Assembly: GCA_028534125.1 (NCBI GenBank)
Contig: CM052817.1
Coordinates: forward strand, 67,892,001-67,956,000
Direction: 5' to 3'
DNA from: Lama glama
Lineage: Eukaryota
DNA: 64,000 nucleotides
The notes beneath the pieces are model-generated. The model searched no databases. It had not been told where the DNA came from and saw nothing but the letters and a program-made list of their open reading frames with translations. Position 1 is the first letter of the stretch. Each line of letters opens with the position of its first letter. This document shows positions 53,390-64,000 of this stretch, piece after piece. Position numbers and translations under genes: made by a program.

Positions 53390-54888
53390 AACTTTTGCGA
53401 CTTTCAGGACCAGTCATGCAGCAGCCCCAGCAGCCCCAGCCGCCCCAGCAGCCCCAGCCGCCCCAGCCGCCCCAGCCCCAACTACAGAAGCAAGTCCCGC
53501 AGCTACCAAAGCAGCTACCCCAGCTGCAGCAACCCCAGCAACAGCAGCCACATCCCCCCTTAACTAGTAACCCTCAGTCAGAGTCTGTCAACTCTTACTC
53601 TTCTTCTGGATCCACCAATCTATACATGAGACGGCCCAATCCAGTCAGTCCTTATCCAAGCTCTTCACACACTTCAGAGATATATGGAGGCGCCAAGCCT
53701 ATGAACCTCTATTCCTCCTCATCCCAAGCTGCAAGTTCATATCTGAATTCGAACCCCATGAGCCCCTACCCTGGGCTTTTGAACCAGAATAACCAGTATC
53801 CATCATATCAATGCAACGGAAACATATCAGTGGACAGTTGCTCCCAGTATCTGGGTTCCTATTCTCCTCAGTCTCAGCCCGTGGATCTATATAGGTATCC
53901 AAACCAGGACCCTCTGTCTAAGCTAAATCTACCACTTTACCAGCCGAGGTTCGGAAATAGCCAGAGTTTTACTTCTAAGTACTTAGGTTACGGAAACCAA
54001 AATATGCAAGGAGATGCCTTCAGCAGTTGTACTGTTCGACCAAATGTGCACCACGTAGGGGCATTTCCTCCTTATTCCACTCATGAGATGGACGGCCACT
54101 TCATGGGAGCCGCCTCCAGATTACCACCCAGTTTGAGCAATCCAAACATAGACTATAAAAATGGTGAACATCACCCGTCTTCTCACTTAATCCATAACTA
54201 CGGTGCAGCTCCGAGCATGTTCAACAGCTCTCTTCACGCCCTGCATCTCCAAAACAAGGAGAACGACGTGCTTTCCCATACAGCTAACGGGCTGTCTAAA
54301 ATGCTTCCCGGCCTTAACCACGACAGGACCGCTCCCGTCCAGGAGGGCTTACACAAATTTCACGACGCTAGCAGTCAGGACAGGCAGCCGTCGGCCACCG
54401 AGGACAACGACGAGGTCTGGTCCGACAGCGAGCAGAGCTTCCTGGATCCTGACATCGGGGGCGTGGCCGTGGCTCCCACTCACGGGTCGATCCTCATCGA
54501 GTGTGCCAAGCGCGAGCTGCACGCCACCACCCCCTTGAAGAACCCCAACAGGAATCACCCCACCAGGATCTCGCTCGTCTTCTACCAGCACAAGAGCATG
54601 AATGAGCCGAAGCACGGCTTGGCGCTCTGGGAAGCCAAAATGGCCGAGAAGGCCCGCGAGAAAGAGGAAGAGTGTGAGAAGTACGGCCCAGACTACGTGC
54701 CTCAGAAAACCCACGGCAAGAAAGTGAAGCGGGAGCCCACTGAGCCGCATGAGCCTTCCGAGCCCACGTACCTGCGCTTCATCAAGTCCCTCGCCGAAAG
54801 GACCATGTCCGTGACCACAGACTCCACAGTAACGACATCTCCATATGCCTTCACTCGGGTCACAGGGCCTTACAACAGATATATATGA
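53390..54888 (+). CDS. TET2: TET2 last coding exon (exon 11): low-complexity insert plus C-terminal half of the DSBH (distal His at 54520, 2-OG-binding Arg at 54565)
   Basis: tgtccacag acceptor; ORF ends ...[18 protein letters not shown]...[10 protein letters not shown]...[12 protein letters not shown]. Confidence 0.97.
53419..53478 (+). repeat. coding 9-bp minisatellite CAGC(A/C)GCCC x6+ encoding QQP/QPP
   Basis: Read directly within exon 11. Confidence 0.9.
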
Positions 54889-55331
54889 TGTCGCCCCTCG
54901 GGTTGGTTACCTCATTTGAAAAGACCACAACCAGCCTATCCGTAGTGTAGTTCTCATGACGCAGGCAGTGGGGAAAGGACACAGTGTTCCTGACAAATGT
55001 GGGGGGAAGAACCTCTGCTCACCAGCGCAAAAAGAGGTCCTCTCACCATAGCACTTAATTTCCCCTGACTCCTAAGTGGTCACAGATGGAATCTAGGCAA
55101 AAGACCAAAGCATTCTATGCAAAATGAAGGTGGAGAAAAAAGTGTTCCACAATTTACATTGTTAAACACTGGTTCTGTTATTGGATGAGATGATACGTAA
55201 ATGTGATTCCCCTCCCCTTACAACTCTACACATCTGTGACCACTTTTAATAATACCAAGTTTGCATAGTCATGGAAAGCAAATCAAACAAGTACTGTATT
55301 ATTACAGGGGCAGGAATCTTAAAATACCATC

Positions 55332-56602
55332 TGGTGCTGAATATATGATATACTGAAATACTGGAATCATGGCTTTTTAACATGCAGTTTTTACTGTAAT
55401 CTTAATATTAACTTTTATTTATCAAAATAGCTACAGGAAGCATAAATGGACAGCGAAACACTGAATTTGTTTGGATGTTCTAAGAAATGGTGCTAAGAAA
55501 ATGGTGTCTTTAACAGTTGAAAATTTAATGCCTTTGTATCATCAAGATGCTACCAGTGTACTCCAATGCCCTTGAATAATGGGGGTACCTTTTCATTCAA
55601 GTTTTTAATCATAATTACTTATTCTTACATGAGCTTAGTTTTTAAAATGTGGACATTTTAAAGGCCTCTGGATTTTGCTCATCCAGTGAAGTCCTTGTAG
55701 GACAGTAAACGTATATATGTACATATATACACATATGTATATGTGCACAAACATGTATATGTATAAATATTTTAAATGGTGTTTTAGAAGCACTTTGTCT
55801 ACCTAAGCTTTGACAACTTGAACAATGCTAAGGTACTGAGACGTTTAAAAAAAAAGTTTACTTTCATTTTAGGATGCAAAGTTGATTTTTTTAAGGAAAC
55901 AAGGAAAGCTTTTAAAATATTTTTGCTTTTAGCCATGCATCTGCTGATGAGCAACGTGTCCATTTTTAATATAGCCAGTTACATCCAAAAATGGGGCTTA
56001 CTGGATTCAAGGGAATACGTTAGTCCACAAAACATGTTTTCTGGTGCTCATCTCACATGCTATACTGTAAAACAGTTTTATACAAAATTGTATGACAAGT
56101 TCATTGCTCAAATATGTAGGTTGTAAGAACTGTCTATTAGCAGCAGGTAATAACCGCATGCTACAGACTCATCAAAGCTAGTTCACTTAAGCCAGCGCTA
56201 TTGTATAGATCTGTGTGCTCTTCAGCAAACTGAATGGCAGTCTGCCTTTTGCTGATAATTGTACATTGTGATGTTGTCATTCCTTAGCTTAAGTGTCCTC
56301 GTTACCAGGAAGATTGAGCAGACTGATGCCTGCGTAAGATGAGTATAAACAGGGTTAGTTCCATGTGAATCTGTTAATTAAAAAGGAAAAAAAAAAACAA
56401 AAACAGGCAGCTGGTTTGCTGTGGTGGTTTTAAATCATTAATTTGTATAAAGAAGTGAAAGAGATGTATAGTAAGTAAATTAAATTGTAAACAAAACTTT
56501 TTTAACGCAATGCTTTAGTATTTTAGTACTGTAAAAAGAAATTAAATATATACATATATATATATATGGATTTGAAGCAGAATTCACATCATGATGGTGC
56601 TA
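55332..56602 (+). promoter_or_regulatory. four miR-29 seed sites (TGGTGCT at 55332, 55488, 56042, 56595; the 2nd and 4th are 8mers)
   Basis: Seed matches read directly; TET2 is an established miR-29 target. Confidence 0.75.
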
Positions 56603-56801
56603 CTCAGCCTGCTACAAATATATCATAATGTGAGCTAAGAATTCATTAAAGGTTTGAGTGATGTTCCTACTTGTCATATACCTCAACACTAGTTTGGCAA
56701 TAGGATATTGAACTGAGAGTGAAAGCTTATAGCATTGTGTACCATCATTTTTTTCCAAGTCTTTTTTTTAATTATTATTAAAAAAAAATACCTTTTTTCG
56801 A

Positions 56802-57861
56802 TACTTGATTTCTTAGCAAGTATAACTTGAACTTCAACTTTTTTGTTCTAAAAATTCAGGGATATTTCAGCTCATGTTCTCCTTATGCCAACATGTCACC
56901 TGTGTTTATGTAAAATTGTTGTAGGTTTAATAAATATATTTTTTTCAGGGATTTAACCCTTTTATTTCAAATCCCTCCTATTTTACTTGTATATGTCCTG
57001 ATGTAACTAAAACTAATTTTGTAAATCTGTTGGCTCTTTTTATTGTAAAGAAAAGCATTTTAAAAGTTTGGAGAATCTTTTGACTGTTTCAAGCAGAAAA
57101 AAATTACATGAAAATAGAATGCACTGAGTTGATAAAGGGAAAATTGTAAGGCAGGAGTTTGGCAAGTGGCTGTTGGCTAGAGTCTTCAACTCTCTAAATA
57201 AAGATGTCTTGATCCTGTAATCAGTACAGGTACAGATCCACGAGGACTTCCCTACACAGGCAGAACACTTAGGGGTATGGTGTGCAATCGACTGTACAGC
57301 TACATCTTGGTCTAGGTTCATTTCTGCTTACTAATCTTTCAAATAAATCCTTAATCAAAGCAGGACTTTGAGTTTTATTGGTCAGATCTTTATAACATGG
57401 CTTTTGTCTTAAAAAATCCTCCCATTTTTGGCTGTGACCAGTTTACAAACATTTCAAAAATGTTTGCTTTGAATATGTCAAACTGCATGATTTTAATATT
57501 TTGCCTATGCCATATATCTAACCCCAAATATTTGGTTACTACATGCACATTAGTCGGTTTTGAGTCAGCCACCCTATATGAATGGATATTTGGTTTCTGT
57601 ATCATCCACTGTCATCTGTCAAACTGCTGGCCAACAAGAGCAGGAAATATAGTTTGGGGGAGGTTGAGGAGAGGTTAGGTAGGGAGGAGGAGAGGAAGTT
57701 GAGTGGCATATTGTAAATATCAGATCTATAACTGTAAATATCAAACCTGCCTCAGTTAGAATGAATGGAAAGCAGATCTCCAATTTGCTTATATAGGAAT
57801 ATCAGGTTGACTATATAGCCATACTTGAAAATGCTTCTGAGTGGTGTCAACTTTACTTGAA
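56802..57861 (+). promoter_or_regulatory. miR-26 seed sites (TACTTGA at 56802; TACTTGAA at 57822 and 57854)
   Basis: Seed matches read directly. Confidence 0.65.
56929..56934 (+). terminator. candidate proximal polyadenylation signal AATAAA
   Basis: AATAAA with upstream TGTA motifs and downstream T-rich tracts. Confidence 0.4.
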
Positions 57862-58152
57862 TGAATTTTTCATCTTGATTGACGCACAGTGGTGTACAGC
57901 TCACTTCTAAAGCTAGTGGTTAACTTGTGTAGGAAACTTTTGCAGTTTGACACTAAGATAATGAACTCTGTGTGCATTTTTCTATGCTTTTTTTTTTAAA
58001 AACTTAGTTTCATTTCATTTTCATCAGATGTTTGATTTGTCTATAAAAATCGGATGGTTATAAATACTGTAAGTATTGTAATGTTATGAATGCCGGTTAT
58101 TTGAAAGCGTTTATTATTATATCATTCCTGATAACGCTATGTGAGTGTTTTT

Positions 58153-58158
58153 AATAAA
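58153..58158 (+). terminator. distal polyadenylation signal AATAAA
   Basis: ttttAATAAAatttat followed by T/GT-rich sequence; interspersed repeats resume about 140 bp downstream. Confidence 0.8.
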
Positions 58159-58298
58159 ATTTATATTTATTTAATGCACTCTAAGTATTGTCCTGTTGAA
58201 ATTTCTGTTTACTGCCTGAATTACTGCTGCCTCAGTGAGGCAAAAGGGAATGAAGAGATTGCTTTTTAAAGATACTTTTTAGATGGTTATTCTTGACC

Positions 58299-58730
58299 TT
58301 TTTTTTTATTGAAGTTTAGTTGACTTACAATGTTGTGTCAGTTTCTGGTGAACAGCAAACTGATTCAGTTATACATATATCTATATTCTTTTTCATTATA
58401 GGTTATTACAAGATACTGAATATAGTTCTCTGTGCTATACAGCAGGACCTTGTTGTTCATCTATTTTATATACAGTAGTTTGTATCTGCTAATCCCAAAC
58501 TCCTAATTTAGCCTTACCCACCCTTTCCCCTTGGGTAAAACATAAGTTTGCTTTCTATGTTTGCAAGTCTGTTTCTGTTTTGTAAGTTCATTTGTGTTAT
58601 TTTTTTAGAGTCCACATATAAGTGATATCCTATGGTATTTTTCTTTCTGTCTTACTTCACTTAGACTATGGCTGAGTAATATTCTTGTGTGTGTGTGTGT
58701 GTGTGTGTACACCACAACTTCTTCATCTAA
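58299..58730 (-). mobile_element. L1 3' end insertion just downstream of the TET2 polyA site
   Basis: Poly-T followed by ttattgaagtttagttgacttacaatg...; TSD-like ttagatggttattct at 58279 and 58731. Confidence 0.85.
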
Positions 58731-58774
58731 TTAGATGGTTATTCTGTGTGTATGTATATGTGTGTATGTATGTA

Positions 58775-58806
<32 letters not shown>

Positions 58807-61134
58807 CACACATACATACTTCTTCATTTAATTAGATGGTTATTCTCAATTCTCAATATCTAAGGTAACATCCAAATAATTAAGGCCAAGATATTTCTCT
58901 GGTTGAATAGTTTAGTCAGTCAACTGACTTATTTTTCAAGTTTAATTTTTAACCTATTCACTTTGAGTATGGAGCCAGCATACTCAAGTCAGGAATGGAG
59001 TCACAGCACTTCTGCTGACCTTAGGCTGACCGGCCCTCCTGATGTATAGTCTGAGGGCTGTTGACGACAACAGGGACACTGGGGTTGAGTTCACATTGCT
59101 TTGGTCTAAGGCCAGCCCTGTTCTCAGATTCTTATCTTCCTCTTCATGTCCACTCTCCAAGGAAGACTCCCTCTCACTGCCTATCCGAAAGGAGGCAGCA
59201 TTAGGCAAGAGGAATGGGAAGAGGTGGCTGGGGAGGCACCAGAAGAATGTGCATGTCCTCATCCATCCCACATGGCTTCAGAGAGCTTGAAGTTAGATTG
59301 TCCCTATCTCCACCCCTTCCCCTGTCATGTGAACCACCCCTCACACAGCACCATGCACTCCTGCTGAAACACTTTTAGAAACACAAGATTTAAACACAGT
59401 GACTAGTTCTAGTTATGGTGGGTCTTCCAACCCCCACCCCCACCCCTTCCCAAATTGGTAGAGAATCATTTTCACTACGCGTGAAGTAAGGGACTTCCCT
59501 TTCCCATGATTTCTTCTCTGTTCAGCCTGGGCCAAATAGTCATTTCTAAGCCCGGGAAATGACTGCCGTTTAATAACCTTTGCATCACTGACCAGGTGAT
59601 TCCTCCAGCACCCTACTCAAAGCCAGGATATGAAGAGAAGCAACATCACCATTTTAAAAGCAGTGATCCAATGATTTGATTTTTTTTTTTTTTTAATTTC
59701 AACCCTTTAGGAATATTGTCAACCCTCGTTTCATGATCCATCCTCCGGCTGAAACTTGGGAGCCTCTGACTCTCCACATTTGCTAGTCTCCAGTGCCCAG
59801 AGCAAGGGGAATTTAAAGTTCTGTGAGCGCGAAAGCTTTTCCCTCCAGGGGCGGTCCTGACTGACCCCACCGGCGGAGGCTGGTGATGCCAGCGCGCTGT
59901 AAGTGACGCACTGCTGCTCGTGAGTGCAGGTGGACTTGAACGCGGGAGACAGCTGGCAATGACAGATGAGCCTGCATCACAAAGCTTTATTGGCCCCTTG
60001 CCTCCTCTGGAAATAGATGCCAAGAATGAACCTTTTCAGGCAAGCAGACGTGCACACAGCTGCCCTGTCACCCAGGACCACTTGCACCTTTCCTCAGTCT
60101 CTCCCGTTGGGTTTATCATAAAAGCCCTCCTGCTTTGGGTAATTCTAACTCCGCTTTGACTCCTGCCTGATCCTCCCACTCTGTACTCAGAGCAGCTGTG
60201 TGAGAACCAGATTCAGTGAGAAAGGCCTTATTCATCAAGGCACTCACTCCTCAGGCTGCTGTGAATTTAATCTTTTTTTTTTTAAAGGCCACCTGGAGGT
60301 GAGTATCCAAAAACAAAACAAAACAAAACAAAAAGAGGAAGAAGAAGGCTAGGGGAGGGTCTTTTCTTTCCAAAATGAACGCAAGGGGAGAGTGCTGGTC
60401 CCACGAAGACCTTTGCTCACAAACTTCAGTCACTCAGCTTTGCAGTAAGGAGTTGGGACACTTCCTCCTTCCCTCTGTCTCTCCCTCCCTCCCTTCCTCC
60501 CTCTCCTGAGAAACACACTCTCTAGTTGTTAGAGTGGTGAAAAAACATTCACAAAAGATGCCTAGAAAAGAATTAACTGCAGTTATAGATTATTTCAGTT
60601 TTACCAGCACTCTTCAGTTTCTAAGAATAAAGGTACTTTTGTTACCATATTTCTGGGCCACCTGCCTGCATTTCCCTCTCCTATCAGGCAGTTTCTCACA
60701 AATGTCCAGGATTCCTTCTTGAAAGGAGCCACTCTTCCTCGCACACACACTGGACGAATATGCTTTCTTTAGGGGGCTTCCTTTTATGCTGTTTCAAAAG
60801 GAATTTCTTGACTCAACTTGTCATTTTCCTCTCTAATCAATTCTTAATTCAAACAAATGAGATTTCTACTCAGGTGATGGGTAAAATCTCGTAGTTACAG
60901 AGAGATACGCCACATCTTTCCCTACTCCCACAAGAATGAATTCTGATCATTTAAATTCACTTAATGAAGGATCTACAGGCATATTCATCGAGCACTTGCT
61001 TTTATTCCTTGCACAGAAGAGTCACATTAATAGAAATCTGAGTGGAGTTGCTTGAAACTTGAGACGCCTGTGGTGGCCTAACCCCTCTCTCATGGGGAGC
61101 TCTGGATTGAGCTTTAAGGACGGCGATGAAGTAG

Positions 61135-61265
61135 GAGCAGCAGTGTAGCGGAAAGCACCTGGCTTTGGACGCAGCCTTGCACTTTTACCAGTTAGGCTTC
61201 ATCTGCAAAAATCAATAAAATAATGCATGCCTCACAGGGATGTGGTGAGGACTAGTGAGAATGTC
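61135..61265 (+). mobile_element. MIR fragment
   Basis: gcagtgtagcggaaagcac..ggctttgga...catctgcaaaa...cctcacagggatgtggtgagga. Confidence 0.6.
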
Positions 61266-61939
61266 AAACTTCAGTCACCAACTAGAATAAACAGTTGTTC
61301 TTACAGTTTTTGTTTTCCCTCTCCCTGCCCTTTGCTTCATGTTAGGAGGGGCGTCCACTGACCACACCTTAGGGCTCACCTTGCTGACTCCCGCAGCCCT
61401 GTCCCTTCTCCCCACGGTAGGACCCCTCATTCCCTCCCCTGACCAAACAGATTTACATAGCAGCATAAGAGCTCTTGATCATGAGGCAGCATTAGGACCT
61501 CAAAGCTACAAGAAGACAGTGACAAACAAAACAAGGAAATAATCCTCTGTCCTGTGATCTCATAAAGCCTCAAACTGATTTTCAGATCAGTTAATCCCCT
61601 AGAGATTATGTGAAAACTCCAGTAGTTGGAATGACGTCACAGTTCTTGACATATCAAAGACCAATAAAATGTCCAAACCATTTGAGAGTTAAAAGCAAAG
61701 GGAAAAAAAAATCAACCAATATTATATTTTTATTTCCTTTACTTACAGTGTCACATACTAACAGATACAGTTCATGGAATTATTGTTTACAATATCCATC
61801 TTTCAAATTTGAATAAACTATTTTAGGGTGCAGTATATTAAAATAGAAGGGAGTTATCTTTTAAGTATTATGTATCACCGACTTAAAAATGTTTTCATTT
61901 TTGAATTCCCTAGGAAGTGACTTACAATAAGGAACTACA

Positions 61940-62105
61940 GCTCTGGGTTCAAGTCCTGGCTATTACTAGCCATACGACCCTGGGCTAGCTAAGTGCTAAT
62001 CCTTCCTCTCTTTTCCTCAATTTCTGCCCCTGGAGAATGAAAATAACAATACCTATCTCACAAGGTTGTTGTGAGGAACAAATAAGTTCATTTAAAGCAC
62101 ATTAA
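61940..62105 (+). mobile_element. MIR fragment
   Basis: ctgggttcaagtcctggct...gaccctgggc...aataacaatacctatctcacaaggttgttgtgagga. Confidence 0.7.
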
Positions 62106-62419
62106 AAAGACTTCTAAAAAAGCCAGCTATTATAATTATGTTCATTAGTTCAGCTGAGACTAATTTCCTACTATAGTGGCTTTATTTTACACATTTTAAA
62201 GTCATTAGTGAGAAAGAGGAAGTGCTTATTAACTGTACAAGAGTATGGATAAGCAGATTTGAATAAGACCTCAGAGATCACTTCCCAGCACCCTGGTTTT
62301 ATGTAATCATTCATTCATTCACATACAGTTTTGAACACTCACTCTTAAACATGGTGTCAAGTACATTTCTAGTAGTTACGCATCTGGCAATAAGCAAAAC
62401 CAATCTTCCTGGATAACTC

Positions 62420-64000
62420 TGTTAAGAATGGATTTTAAAAGGCAAAGACAGATCTAAGCTCAGGAAGTCAGTAAGTCATCTCAAAATTCTAATCCAAAAT
62501 GTTCTTATCCAAGACACATATTAATTAAACTCTCTAAAACCAAAAATAAAAACAGAATTCAAAAGAGGTGAGAGAAAAAATTGTCCCATACAAAGGAACC
62601 TCCGTAAGGTTATCAGTGGATTTCTCAGCAGAGACCTTACAAGCCAGGAGAGAACGGGATAATATATGCAAAATCCTAAAAGAAAGAAACTGCTGACCAA
62701 GAATATTTTACCATGCAAAAATTGCTCTTCAGAAATGAACGTGAAATAAAGACCTTCCCTAACAAACAAAAGCTAAGGGAATTGATCACCATGAAGCCAG
62801 CCTTACAAGAAATGCTGAAATGAGTCTTTGAGTTGAAACAAAAGAATGCTAACTACTAAAATAAAACATAAAATGTACCACACACTGGTAAAGGGTAACA
62901 TATAGTCAAATTGAGAATACTCTAATACTGTAACATGGTGATGTGCCAACTACTTACCTCTAAAATAATAGTTAAAGCACAAAAGCATAAAAATAGCTCT
63001 AGCTTCAACAATTTGTTAATGGATACACAATAAAAAAAAGATGGTAAATGATGACATCAGAAATATAAAAGCAGGGAGTAAAAATATAGTTTTTGTATGC
63101 AATCAAAGTTAAATTATTATCAGGGTAAATTAGACTGTTATGTACACAAGATGTTTTATGTAAACCTTGTGGGGAACACAAGCCAGAATCTACAATAGAT
63201 ACATAAATTAAGAGCAGGAAATCAAAACATTACACTTCAGAAAGTCATCAACTTACAAAGAAAGGCAGCAAACAAAGAAAGAAAAGAGAAAGAAAACTTC
63301 AAAACTTACCTATCAATAATTAAATATTACTTTGTTGAATTCCCCAATGAGAAGGCACAGAGTGACTAAATGCATTAAAAAACTATATGCTTACAAGAGA
63401 CTCAGTTCAGCTTTAAGGACACACATGATCTCAAATGAAGGTGGATATATTCCATCTAAGTGGAAACCAAAAGAGACCAGGGGTAGCTATACTTAATATC
63501 AGAAAAAATAAACTTTAAGCCAATAGTGATAACAAGAGGAAAAGATGGACATTATATTGATAAAGGTGTCAATTTATTAAGAAGATAAAACACTTATGAA
63601 TATATATGCCCTTAACATCAGAACACCTTAAATATTTTAAGCAAATACTAGCAGGTCTGAAGGGAGAAGTAGATAATAATATATTAAGAGTAGGGGACTT
63701 CAATACTCCATTTTCAACAATGGAGAAATTATCAAAACAGGAAAAACAAGGAAATGTTAGACTTGAATCAAACTTTAGACCAAATAAACCTAACAGACAC
63801 ATACAGAATATTAATCTAACAGCAACAGAATACAGTTTCTTCTCAAGCTCTAATATAACTTTTTTCAGAATAGATCACATTATGAAATAAGTCTTAGCAA
63901 ATACAAGAAGACTGAAATAACAGTAAGTGTATTTTCCAGCCACAACAGTATGAAACTAGGAATCAGTAACAAGAGGAAACCTGGAAATTTTTCAAGTACA
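62420..64000 (+). mobile_element. L1 ORF1 C-terminus, inter-ORF spacer and ORF2 endonuclease start; runs off the window end
   Basis: gtaaggttatcagtggatttctcagcagagaccttacaagccagg (ORF1); VGDFNTPFS and TFFRIDH (APE endonuclease). Confidence 0.8.

Larger units (their letters stand above)
54889..58183 (+). other. TET2: TET2 3' UTR
   Basis: AT-rich region with no recognisable interspersed repeats, running from the stop codon to AATAAA at 58153; many miRNA seed matches. The 3' end is estimated. Confidence 0.8.

Noticed and set aside
54203..54750. Overlapping 111-aa (+) and 133-aa (-) ORFs
   Set aside because: Explained by stop-codon depletion in the GC-rich coding segment
60287..60303. CTCF-like motif GGCCACCTGGAGGTG (and a weaker one near 61063)
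   Set aside because: Several core mismatches; cannot be supported without PWM scoring or ChIP

Overview
This is mammalian genomic DNA, most likely from a camelid judging by its tRNA-derived Vic-type SINEs. It holds the whole coding region of TET2 (methylcytosine dioxygenase) on the + strand. Nine GT-AG coding exons (equivalent to human exons 3-11) run from ATG 11391 to TGA 54888 and give a 6036-nt CDS / 2011-aa protein. A 3' UTR of about 3.3 kb follows, with many miRNA seed sites and AATAAA at 58153. The promoter and first non-coding exons lie upstream, outside the window. Introns are filled with L1, L2, MIR, hAT MITEs and SINEs, and there is one 100-N assembly gap. I see no new gene system. 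Gene-level points worth checking: two intact routes to catalytically dead isoforms (1165 aa by read-through plus an intronic polyA signal; 1194 aa by exon-4 skipping), a uORF whose stop overlaps the start codon, an exonic CpG-island-like GC surge over the catalytic C-terminus, and a P/Q minisatellite expansion. Retrotransposon-level points: a half-L1-like element lacking ORF2, an internally deleted L1 with TSDs, an L1 3' transduction, and several template-switch duplications. Comparisons with human TET2 are from memory and repeat family names are by eye; both need alignment or RepeatMasker confirmation.
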